Shown here one piece after another: positions 28,013 through 36,259 of a DNA stretch of 64,000 bases. The notes under the pieces are model-generated. The model was not told the origin of the DNA. It saw nothing but the letters and a program-made list of their open reading frames with translations, and did not search any database. The stretch is from Candidatus Nezhaarchaeota archaeon (lineage in GTDB: Archaea > Thermoproteota > Methanomethylicia > Nezhaarchaeales > WYZ-LMO8): contig JASFYF010000001.1 in NCBI GenBank assembly GCA_030055465.1, positions 698,447-762,446 on the forward strand. Direction: 5' to 3'. How positions within the stretch are numbered: position 1 is the stretch's first letter; the number at the start of each line of letters is the position of its first letter. The translations under genes and the position numbers were made by a program.

Positions 28013-29027
28013 ACAGAGACCACTCCTCGAGTCTTAAGACTCCACCTACGATCAGCGCCTCAAGAACTGTTAGTATGGGCCTCCTATAGCGCTCGTAGTC
28101 GTCTACGGGTATCCTGGGGCACGCCGTGATTATAAACGCCTCAGGCTCGGTGATGTTGTCGAGGCTCTCGGGCGTCACTTCGCGCAGGGCCACCAAGGCC
28201 GTCTTCCTGCCTTTGCCGTTCAGTAGCTTCTTGACGGTCAGCGCCGTTCGGTGGTGCCGTTGCCGCCACTTGCATCCAATGACGATACCGTAGAGCCTAA
28301 CCTCATCCATAACCTGGGAGGTCGTGTACAGCCTCGCGGACCTAACTTTAAAGGCCTCTCGGCTTATATCCTTCGCCTCACCTCTGTAGGGGTCGCAGGC
28401 TATAACTGGTTTCCTCGATGAGAGCTGGAGCCCCAACGCGTGGAAAAGCCCCCCTCCTATGTGGATGAATAGGTCCACCTTATCCCTGATCGCCATAGCG
28501 GACGTGTAGTCGCACCCCAAAACCTGGCCTGGATACCTAGTCCTGGCGGACCCCTCACCCACAAACACCCGGTACCCTGCCCTCTCTAGTTCGCGCATCG
28601 CGGATGGTATTTCCCAGACGTGTTGAAGCGATGCCGTTAAGCCGACTTTCCCCACGCCTTCCATTGATGATAGGATGTTGAGGGCGCCCTCAAGGGCCCT
28701 CTGCGAGCTTATCCTCGAGAACGCCTCGATGAAACATGCCTTCACGCCAACCCTCTCCGAGTAGGGGGACACCTCGGGGAACGGCGTGTGGCCGAAGTGC
28801 ACTAGGCCTTGAGCGCCCAGCGAGAGCGCCGAGTCGAAAGCCACGTCGCATGCGCCGTAGCAGCTGTCCCCCGAGACTATGACTTCGACGCCTCCAAGCG
28901 CCTCCTCCACCTCCCTGGCCACGGATGTTGAAAAGGGCTTTAATCCATCGGCGAACTGCATGAGCAGCCTCTTAATCCCGTTTTCGCGCGCGAAGCTCAC
29001 GGCCTTCTCCACTTCGAAATCGTACAT
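27957..29027 (-). CDS. dph2: Diphthamide biosynthesis enzyme Dph2 (2-(3-amino-3-carboxypropyl)histidine synthase)
   Basis: Three-domain pattern with conserved Cys (SGDSCYGACD, ...C...). 356 aa. Confidence 0.8.
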   Translation of the reverse strand: MYDFEVEKAVSFARENGIKRLLMQFADGLKPFSTSVAREVEEALGGVEVIVSGDSCYGACDVAFDSALSLGAQGLVHFGHTPFPEVSPYSERVGVKACFIEAFSRISSQRALEGALNILSSMEGVGKVGLTASLQHVWEIPSAMRELERAGYRVFVGEGSARTRYPGQVLGCDYTSAMAIRDKVDLFIHIGGGLFHALGLQLSSRKPVIACDPYRGEAKDISREAFKVRSARLYTTSQVMDEVRLYGIVIGCKWRQRHHRTALTVKKLLNGKGRKTALVALREVTPESLDNITEPEAFIITACPRIPVDDYERYRRPILTVLEALIVGGVLRLEEWSLCDWFFNEEAASHVAFKDG

Positions 29028-29099
29028 ACCCGGTACGATGAAGGCGGGGCACTCAAATAAATTTAAAGGTTCTGGAATTGCAGAGTGACCTGAAGCCCA

Positions 29100-30422
29100 A
29101 TGCTGGGGAAGCTGGGTGCGTCGCTGCGCGAAGCCGTAAAGAAGTTTCTGGGCAAGCCCGTAGCCGACGAACTTGCCGTGAGGGAGTTGATAAAAGACGT
29201 TCAGAGGGCGCTGCTCCTAGCCGATGTGAACGTTGAGCTCGTGTTGAAGATAACTCGAAGAATCGAGGAGAAGGCGTTAAGGGAGCCGATCCCTTCAGGC
29301 TTTACTAGGAGAGAAGTCACGCTGAAGGTGCTCTACGAGTCACTTATCGAGATTTTGGGGGGAGAAAAGCCACCTGCAATCCCGTACCCCTCGGATAAAC
29401 CCCTCATCTTAATGCTCGTGGGCATTCAGGGGTCGGGCAAAACCACCACGGCCGCCAAGCTGGCTTGGTTTTACAAGAGTCGAGGATACCGGCCGGGGGT
29501 AGTATGCGCTGACACCTTTAGGCCGGGAGCCTACGATCAGTTGAAACAGCTGTCGGTGAAGGTTGGAGTGCCCTTCTACGGCGAGAGGGATGGCAACCCA
29601 CTCGAAATAGCCCATAGGGGGATCGAGGAGCTCAAGAGGTCGGGATGCAACGTGATAATAATAGATACAGCCGGTCGACACAAGAGCGAGTCGACGTTGA
29701 TGGAGGAAATGCAGGAGCTAACCAACTCTTTAAAGCCCGACGAGGTTGCGCTGGTAATAGATGCTACGATAGGGCAGCAGGCTAAGGCTCAGGCCGACGC
29801 CTTTAACAGGGCGACCAAGGTAGGCTCGATAATAATCACTAAGCTTGACGGCGCCGCGAAGGGGGGAGGGGCGCTATCGGCTGTGGTGGCCACAAACGCG
29901 CAGGTAAGGTTTGTGGGTTTAGGGGAGAAGGTGGAGGAACTCGAGGTCTTCGATCCATCCAGCTTTGTGAGCCGCGTGTTGGGCATGGGGGACCTTAAGC
30001 TTCTGGCCGAGAAGGTTAGGGAGGCAGCAGTGGAGGAGGAGAGGGTTAAGAGGCTTGTAGGCGGGAGGTTCACGTTGAAGGACATGGTGGAGCAGTTTGA
30101 GGGCCTTCGGAGGATGGGTCCGTTGAGAAAGATTCTCGAGATGATACCGGGGTTGGGCTTGAACTTGCCTGAAGAGGTGGCTGATGTAGCTCAGGGTAAG
30201 CTTGACAAGTGGAGCGTAATGGTCAAATCGATGAGGAGGGAGGAGCTGGAGAACCCCGAGATAATCAACAGGTCCAGGATGAGGAGGATTGCTCGGGGCA
30301 GCGGCGTGAAGGTTAAGGAAGTGAAAGAGCTCTTGGACTCATACGAAACCATGAAGAAAATGATGAAGACCCTTATGAGGAAGCAGAAGAAGGGTCGGCT
30401 GCCGCTACCCTTCAAGATTTGA
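29100..30422 (+). CDS. srp54: Signal recognition particle protein SRP54
   Basis: N domain, G domain (GIQGSGKTTTAAKLA, DTAGR, TKLDG) and Met-rich M domain. Confidence 0.9.
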   Translation: MLGKLGASLREAVKKFLGKPVADELAVRELIKDVQRALLLADVNVELVLKITRRIEEKALREPIPSGFTRREVTLKVLYESLIEILGGEKPPAIPYPSDKPLILMLVGIQGSGKTTTAAKLAWFYKSRGYRPGVVCADTFRPGAYDQLKQLSVKVGVPFYGERDGNPLEIAHRGIEELKRSGCNVIIIDTAGRHKSESTLMEEMQELTNSLKPDEVALVIDATIGQQAKAQADAFNRATKVGSIIITKLDGAAKGGGALSAVVATNAQVRFVGLGEKVEELEVFDPSSFVSRVLGMGDLKLLAEKVREAAVEEERVKRLVGGRFTLKDMVEQFEGLRRMGPLRKILEMIPGLGLNLPEEVADVAQGKLDKWSVMVKSMRREELENPEIINRSRMRRIARGSGVKVKEVKELLDSYETMKKMMKTLMRKQKKGRLPLPFKI

Positions 30423-30450
30423 AGGGCGCTGGAACCTGGGGCTTTAGGCT

Positions 30451-31794
30451 ATGCTGAGCGCGGCGTCCGACATCTTGGATAAGGCGGTAAAGCTGCTGGA
30501 GAAGGCGTCGCTCTGCGACAGGTGCCTTGGCCGCTTCTTCGCGGGCTTGGGCTTTGCCCTAACCAACAAGGCGAGGGGTGAAAGCATAAAGACGATGCTC
30601 CTGCTCGCCGCCTCGGCGTCGCTGAGAGAAGGCGACGATAAAGGCGCTGAGGGCCTGCTGCGCTTGTTGGCTAGAACGGGCTTTAAGCCTGCGAACGAGT
30701 TGTTGATTAAAGTGGGAGGCACGCCGGTGGACGCCGTTCCCTGCGAGCTATGCCTTGGAATGTTCGACAGCGCCTTGGAGGCCATGGTTAGCGGAGCTTT
30801 ATCGTCGCTTTCGAACTATGAATTCGGGAGCTTCTTGGTAGGATGCAAGGTTCCGGGCTCCATAATTGAGAGGGAGGACAGTTTAAGATCCGCCGTGGGG
30901 ATCGAATGGGGAGAGTCAATAAAGAGGGAGGTGAACCGGGAAGCAGGCCTATCAATAGCGTCGAGGACGGGGAAGACGCCTGACTTCCAGAGGCCGGACC
31001 TACTCGTGGTGTTAAACTTCCATAAAATGAGCGTGGAGGTGAAGCCGTTCCCGATTTTCGTGCGTGGGCGCTACCGAAAGCTTGTTCGCGGGGTGCCGCA
31101 GTCCAGGTGGTTCTGCCCGCAGTGTAGGGGGAAGGGCTGCAGCGCTTGCAATTGGACGGGGAAACGCTACCAGGTATCCGTTGAGGAGCTCGTAACTCAA
31201 CCGCTAATGGAGGCCTTCGGTGCCGCCAAGGCGAAATTTCACGGGGCTGGGAGGGAGGACATAGACGTTAGGGTCTTGGGTCCCGGTAGGCCCTTCGTTG
31301 TAGAGCTGATCGAGCCCCGCAAGCGGTTCGTCAACCTCGAGCAGCTGCAGGGGGAGGTAAACCGCAGGTGCCAAGGCGTGATCGAGGTTGCCGATCTGAG
31401 CTACGCCGACAAATCGCTTATAGGCATGTTGAAGCTTTCGGCTAGGGTGAAGAGGAAGGCTTACAGGGTACTCGTCGAATCGGAGGAGGCAATTTCTAGG
31501 GAGAGGCTTGAAGCAGCAGCCGCCGCCTTATCTAACGTCACCGTGAAGCAGAGGACCCCTACCAGGGTTCTACATAGGCGGGCAGATAAGCTGCGGCTCA
31601 AGAAAGTCCACGAGGTTAAGCTCACGAGGGTTGAGGACGGGGTGTTCGAGGTCGTGGTGAAATGTCAGGGTGGACTTTACGTGAAGGAGCTCGTGCACGG
31701 AGATGGCGGTAGAACAACCCCCAGCCTCCAGGAATTGCTTGGAGTGAAACTCAAGGTACTCGAGCTCGACGTCGTCGATGTTGAGACCCCCTGA
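30451..31794 (+). CDS. pus10: tRNA pseudouridine synthase Pus10
   Basis: N-terminal Zn-binding LCDRCLGRFF...CELCLG, followed by THUMP-like and catalytic domains. 447 aa. Confidence 0.7.
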   Translation: MLSAASDILDKAVKLLEKASLCDRCLGRFFAGLGFALTNKARGESIKTMLLLAASASLREGDDKGAEGLLRLLARTGFKPANELLIKVGGTPVDAVPCELCLGMFDSALEAMVSGALSSLSNYEFGSFLVGCKVPGSIIEREDSLRSAVGIEWGESIKREVNREAGLSIASRTGKTPDFQRPDLLVVLNFHKMSVEVKPFPIFVRGRYRKLVRGVPQSRWFCPQCRGKGCSACNWTGKRYQVSVEELVTQPLMEAFGAAKAKFHGAGREDIDVRVLGPGRPFVVELIEPRKRFVNLEQLQGEVNRRCQGVIEVADLSYADKSLIGMLKLSARVKRKAYRVLVESEEAISRERLEAAAAALSNVTVKQRTPTRVLHRRADKLRLKKVHEVKLTRVEDGVFEVVVKCQGGLYVKELVHGDGGRTTPSLQELLGVKLKVLELDVVDVETP

Positions 31795-31820
31795 GCACCC
31801 CTTGGGGGGTGGGCTTTTCT
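31795..31820. terminator. Possible bidirectional terminator hairpin (CACCCC-TTG-GGGGTG) followed by a T tract
   Basis: Lies between the convergent pus10 (+) and rpl21e (-). A short T-rich run follows on the + strand. Confidence 0.25.
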
Positions 31821-31830
31821 AGTGGAAGCC

Positions 31831-32121
31831 CTATCTCAAAGGCTTTATGTGCTCTGGGGTCGTCAGAATTACCTTGCGCTTGTCACCAAGCCGGGTCTCG
31901 ACGACGTACGCCCTGCCCCTTCTACCTATTATTATGCCCGTAAGGCCTTGATACCTCCTGTGCGGGGCTGTTTCGACGTTTGAGGGGTCTACGTCGAAGC
32001 TTACCTTGTCTCCAACCTTGTACTCTATTAGGAGGTAACTTAACCCTCTTGCACCCCTCTCCCGAGGATTCTTCGAAAGCAGCCCCCTAGACTTAGTCCT
32101 TAAACCTTTGGATCTCCTCAC
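31831..32121 (-). CDS. rpl21e: 50S ribosomal protein L21e
   Basis: MRRSKGLRTKSRGLLSK...GDKV is the L21e signature. 96 aa. Confidence 0.85.
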   Translation of the reverse strand: MRRSKGLRTKSRGLLSKNPRERGARGLSYLLIEYKVGDKVSFDVDPSNVETAPHRRYQGLTGIIIGRRGRAYVVETRLGDKRKVILTTPEHIKPLR

Positions 32122-32253
32122 GGTGCTTTTCCTCCGGTTTCTCTCCTAGAGAGACTTTTAAAAAGCTTGCTTTAGCCCCCGTATAAACTATAAATAGCCT
32201 TTCCGGGAAAAATAACTTGACATCCAGCTTTAGCCTTCAGAGGGCGCATCAAG

Positions 32254-32583
32254 ATGAAAGTGATTAAGGTTAAGGAGATTCCTTTATCCCTAGCGCGCGA
32301 CCTCCTGAGCGCTAGGCAGAAGAGCATCCCCCTTGAGCCTTACCAGGCATCAGCTTTAAGCCACGCCTCAAAGTTCTCTAAGCTGCCGCCGGATAAATCC
32401 GAGAAGCTGGTTGAGGAGTTGACGTCGGAGTTTAAGCTGTCAAGGGCAACCGCGGTGCAGGTGGCGAACATAGTGCCTTCGACGCCTCAAGAGTTAAGGG
32501 TTCTGTTAGCCAAGGAGAGCAGGGTCTTCTTGCCTGAGGACCTGGAGAAGGTCCTTGAAGTAGTAAAGAAGTACACAGGCTAG
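32254..32583 (+). CDS. rpoF: DNA-directed RNA polymerase subunit F (Rpb4 homolog)
   Basis: 109 aa. Conserved position between rpl21e and DUF655. Confidence 0.6.
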   Translation: MKVIKVKEIPLSLARDLLSARQKSIPLEPYQASALSHASKFSKLPPDKSEKLVEELTSEFKLSRATAVQVANIVPSTPQELRVLLAKESRVFLPEDLEKVLEVVKKYTG

Positions 32584-32606
32584 CTCTCCTAAGCATCATA
32601 AATTAG

Positions 32607-33197
32607 GTGTTAGACTTGCTAGTTAAGAGTGGAAGGAAGTTTGAGGAATATGCGTACATCCTGGATTTTCTCCCTCACGGTTACCTGAGGGAGACCAGGC
32701 CACAGTTCATGCGTAAACCCATAGCCCAGGCCGTGGGGGAAGACTTCTTCATGCTTCTTGAGCTTACGCCTAAACCAGGCGTCTCGTTATCCGCAGGGGA
32801 AAGGGTCTTCATAGGTAAAGGCCTAAGAGATAAGATAGACAGGATTGTCCGAAGGCTGAGCTACGAGGATCTCACATCCTTTGCTAGGGATGAGCTTTCA
32901 AGGGTTGTCGAGAAGATAGTGAGGGAGCACGAGAACAGGTTCATCGAGTTCTTCAACGTTGCCCCTCCGTTGACAACTAAAATGCACTCGTTGGAGCTAA
33001 TGCCAAGAATAGGGAAGAAGACCATGTGGTTGATAATAAAGGAGAGGGAGAGGAGCCCCTTCAAGGGCTACGAGGACTTTGAAAGGCGCACCGGCGTAAG
33101 CAACGTTGTTGGGATACTCTGCGAAAGGATCTTAACGGAGTTGAAGGGCAATGAACGTTACTACCTGTTCACGGTTGCGCCCGTGGGTAAAGAATGA
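32607..33197 (+). CDS. DUF655/COG1491 predicted RNA-binding protein
   Basis: EYAYILDFLPHGY N-terminus, in the conserved rpoF-DUF655-ksgA neighbourhood. Confidence 0.6.
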   Translation: MLDLLVKSGRKFEEYAYILDFLPHGYLRETRPQFMRKPIAQAVGEDFFMLLELTPKPGVSLSAGERVFIGKGLRDKIDRIVRRLSYEDLTSFARDELSRVVEKIVREHENRFIEFFNVAPPLTTKMHSLELMPRIGKKTMWLIIKERERSPFKGYEDFERRTGVSNVVGILCERILTELKGNERYYLFTVAPVGKE

Positions 33198-34051
33198 TGG
33201 TGGGTCTACGCGAGCGAACCATAACCCTCATCAGGAGGTACTCGATAAGGCCCAACAAAAGGTTAGGGCAGACCTTCTTAATAGACGAGGATGTGGCGAA
33301 AAGCATAGTTGACGCCTCCGAGGTTGATGGCCTCAACGTCTTAGAGGTTGGGGCAGGCCTAGGCGCCCTAACCGAGATGATCGCTTCGAGGGCCAAGCTC
33401 GTCTACGCCGTTGAGGTGGACCCTCTCCTCGTCAGGGCGCTACGCGAAGAGGTGCTTAAGGGGCGCGACAACGTAGTTCTAGTGGAAGCGGACTTCTTGG
33501 ACTTCACGCCTCCGCCCGTCGAGGTCGTCGTCTCCAATATACCCTACAAAGTGGCAACGCCGATCCTGTTCAGGCTGGCGAGGAGGTGCGTTTTTGATAG
33601 AGCGGTCCTCACGATTCAAAGGGAGCTGGCGTTGCGGTTGACTTCAAAGCCGGGGGTTAAAGATTATGGTAGGCTTACAGCGTCGCTCGACGTTTTCTTC
33701 GAGCCTAAGCTGGTGGGAATAGTGAACAGAAGGTGTTTCTACCCGAGGCCAGACGTCGACTCAGCCATCGTGAAGCTTAAAAGGAGAAAGCCGCCCTACG
33801 AAGTTGTGGACGTGGACTTCCACCTGGAAATGTTAAGGATGCTCTTCTCGCAGCGGAATAGACTTCTTAAAAAGGCCTTGTCCACGTCGCTTGAAAAGCT
33901 GCTTAAGGTTAAGGCGGACCGGGGGCTCTACGCCGATCCCAGGCTGGCGAAGTACGTGAACGTGAGGGTTAAGGACCTGCAGCCCTCGGAGCTAGCAGAT
34001 ATATCCAACGTGGTGAGGGAATTCGTCAAGCAGGCGGGAGGAGCGTTGTGA
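33194..34051 (+). CDS. ksgA: 16S rRNA (adenine1518/1519-N6) dimethyltransferase KsgA/Dim1
   Basis: LGQTFLIDEDV, VLEVGAGLGALT, NIPY. Confidence 0.85.
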   Translation: MMVGLRERTITLIRRYSIRPNKRLGQTFLIDEDVAKSIVDASEVDGLNVLEVGAGLGALTEMIASRAKLVYAVEVDPLLVRALREEVLKGRDNVVLVEADFLDFTPPPVEVVVSNIPYKVATPILFRLARRCVFDRAVLTIQRELALRLTSKPGVKDYGRLTASLDVFFEPKLVGIVNRRCFYPRPDVDSAIVKLKRRKPPYEVVDVDFHLEMLRMLFSQRNRLLKKALSTSLEKLLKVKADRGLYADPRLAKYVNVRVKDLQPSELADISNVVREFVKQAGGAL

Positions 34052-34650
34052 AGCTCTGCTTTGAAGGCATGGTGATATACGTGTGGGAGGGGGTCTACCC
34101 GCCCTCCGAGGACACCTTCTTGCTTATGGATCACGTTAAGCTGAAAGGCGGGGAATTGGTGCTCGACGTGGGGACGGGCAGCGGGATCCTAGCTGTAAAG
34201 TGCGCCCTAGAGGGGTGCCACGTGGTGGGGGTGGACATCAAGAGAAAGTCGATATTAAACGCAAAGTTCAATGCTAAAGCCAACGGAGTCCTCGAGGGGG
34301 TTGAGCTAGTGTGTTCCGATGCCGCCACGTCCTTCCGAGAACTTTGCGGCTTCAATGTTATATTGGTGAACCCCCCTTACCTACCATCCACGGGCAACCC
34401 GGAGCTCGACCTACCCGAATGGGACGGAGGTCCCGAAGGCATCTCGATGGCTCTGCGCGTCGTTGATGATGCGGGCAGGCTCTTAGGTGAGGGCGGCAGG
34501 CTCTACATGGTGGCTTCATCGTTATCCAAGTACGAGACCCTAGTTTCAAGGCTTCAGTCCATGGGCTTCAACGTAACCATTAAAGCAAGAAAGAAGCTTT
34601 GGTGGGAGGAGCTCATCCTCCTGGAGGCGGAGAAGTTTGCCTCACGTTAG
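34048..34650 (+). CDS. HemK/PrmC-like N5-glutamine methyltransferase (Mtq2-like)
   Basis: VLDVGTGSGILA and NPPYLP motifs. Confidence 0.6.
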   Translation: MKLCFEGMVIYVWEGVYPPSEDTFLLMDHVKLKGGELVLDVGTGSGILAVKCALEGCHVVGVDIKRKSILNAKFNAKANGVLEGVELVCSDAATSFRELCGFNVILVNPPYLPSTGNPELDLPEWDGGPEGISMALRVVDDAGRLLGEGGRLYMVASSLSKYETLVSRLQSMGFNVTIKARKKLWWEELILLEAEKFASR

Positions 34651-35347
34651 GGTGGTCTTGGTTGAGCCGCTATACGAAGTGAACGTAGGCTTAACGTGCA
34701 GGGTGATGAAGAACTTCGGCTTTCGGGATCTATGCATAGTAAAGCCAAGATCCCACATATCGGATACAGCTAGGAGGTTTGCCGTGAAGGCTGTAGACGT
34801 CCTCGAGTCGGCAAGCATCGTGGACGAGCTTGAGAGGGCCGTGGAAGGCTTCGACATCAAGGTGGGCACGACGGGGAAGCTCGCCGGCTCAAGAAACGTT
34901 GTGAGAGCTGTCGTGCCGCCTTGGCATCTGCGCAGGGCTGTGGGGTGCGAGGGGAGGATAGCCTTGCTCTTCGGCCGCGAAGACGTTGGGCTCACGAATG
35001 AGGAGCTCTCAATGTGCGATATAGTGGTGCACATACCTACCAGCGATGAGTACCCCGTGATGAACGTCACCCACGCCGTAGCGGTCCTACTTTACGAGTT
35101 GTCTAAGCATAGCGTAAGGCCCAAGGTGAAGCTTGCGAGCGGGAAGCTGCGCGAAGTGGCCCTCAACTACTTCGTGGAGATGTTGAAGCTCCTGGAATTC
35201 CCTGATGGCAAGAAGAGGAAAGCTGGCTTAGCCTTCAAGAGGCTGCTGGGCAAATCGTTTGCCTCCAAGAAAGAGATGTACATGCTGCTAGCGTTCCTCC
35301 GCAAAGCGTACCTTGAATTGAGCAAGGGTGAACCTGAAAAAAGCTAA
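34637..35347 (+). CDS. SpoU/TrmH-family RNA 2'-O-methyltransferase (SPOUT)
   Basis: VVLVEPLYEVNVGLTCRVMKNFG N-terminus and a later SPOUT motif. Confidence 0.6.
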   Translation: MPHVRVVLVEPLYEVNVGLTCRVMKNFGFRDLCIVKPRSHISDTARRFAVKAVDVLESASIVDELERAVEGFDIKVGTTGKLAGSRNVVRAVVPPWHLRRAVGCEGRIALLFGREDVGLTNEELSMCDIVVHIPTSDEYPVMNVTHAVAVLLYELSKHSVRPKVKLASGKLREVALNYFVEMLKLLEFPDGKKRKAGLAFKRLLGKSFASKKEMYMLLAFLRKAYLELSKGEPEKS

Positions 35348-35375
35348 TAACCCCCCTCCTGGTTAGCTCAGAGAG

Positions 35376-35906
35376 GTGGCGCCTATGCCTCTAAGACCAG
35401 CGCGGTGTTACAGGGCGGTGAAGGGCCCCGCCTACACTAGAAGGGAGTACATACGCGGTGTTCCGCAACCGAAGATCGCCAAGTTCACCATGGGGAACAC
35501 CAAGGCCGACCTTCCATTGGTCGTGCAGCTAATTGCAAGGGAACACGCACAGATAAGGCACAACGCGTTGGAAGCCATGAGGGTCATCTGCAGCAAGCAT
35601 CTATCAACGAATCTGGGCGAGAACAACTACCTCCTCAAGATACACCCATACCCTCACCACGTCATCAGGGAAAACAAAATGATGGCCTTCGCAGGCGCCG
35701 ACAGGCTTCAGGACGGCATGAGACTGTCCTTCGGGGACCCCGTCGGCACGGCGGCGAGGGTTAGGGCTGGAGACATCATCGCAACTATAAAGGTCCCGAT
35801 GGGAAAGCTGGACGTGGCGAAGGAGGCTGCGAGGAGGGCCGCAGCCAAGCTGCCGGTGCCCTGCGAGCTGAGGATAATCGCTGGGGAGAAATCCTCAGCC
35901 GGTTAA
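35376..35906 (+). CDS. rpl10e: 50S ribosomal protein L10e (uL16)
   Basis: RPARCYR...GVPQPKI is the L10e signature. Confidence 0.9.
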   Translation: MAPMPLRPARCYRAVKGPAYTRREYIRGVPQPKIAKFTMGNTKADLPLVVQLIAREHAQIRHNALEAMRVICSKHLSTNLGENNYLLKIHPYPHHVIRENKMMAFAGADRLQDGMRLSFGDPVGTAARVRAGDIIATIKVPMGKLDVAKEAARRAAAKLPVPCELRIIAGEKSSAG

Positions 35907-35917
35907 GGCTCAGCCGG

Positions 35918-36175
35918 TTAAGGTGTTGCAGGAGGAGCTCCAAATCCTAGGAAGCTGAACATCATTAACGCTATCAACGCGAATATCATCAGCATCCACA
36001 CCATGTTGAAAGTCTTGGAGCGCTTCTGCCTCTTCATGAACTCCTCTTCGCATGTCCCCTCGCACATGGGGGGATCCTTCTCGGGCGGCACAACGCCGCC
36101 GCAGATAACGCAGTGCTTGTGGTTTGAGACGTCGAAGCCTTCATCCCTTCTCTTTTTAGTGGACGTCGCAATCAC
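35918..36175 (-). CDS. Small Cys-rich protein with a C-terminal transmembrane helix (tail-anchored; hypothetical)
   Basis: CVICGG...PMCEGTCEEE followed by hydrophobic MVWMLMIFALIALMMFSFLGF. Confidence 0.3.
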   Translation of the reverse strand: MIATSTKKRRDEGFDVSNHKHCVICGGVVPPEKDPPMCEGTCEEEFMKRQKRSKTFNMVWMLMIFALIALMMFSFLGFGAPPATP

Positions 36176-36259
36176 CCAACGCGCTTCTGAACAGGCAAGG
36201 AGCTGGCGGCCGCTCTAATAAACGTTGTGATAGAAAAATGGAAAATCGCCCTTATTTAG

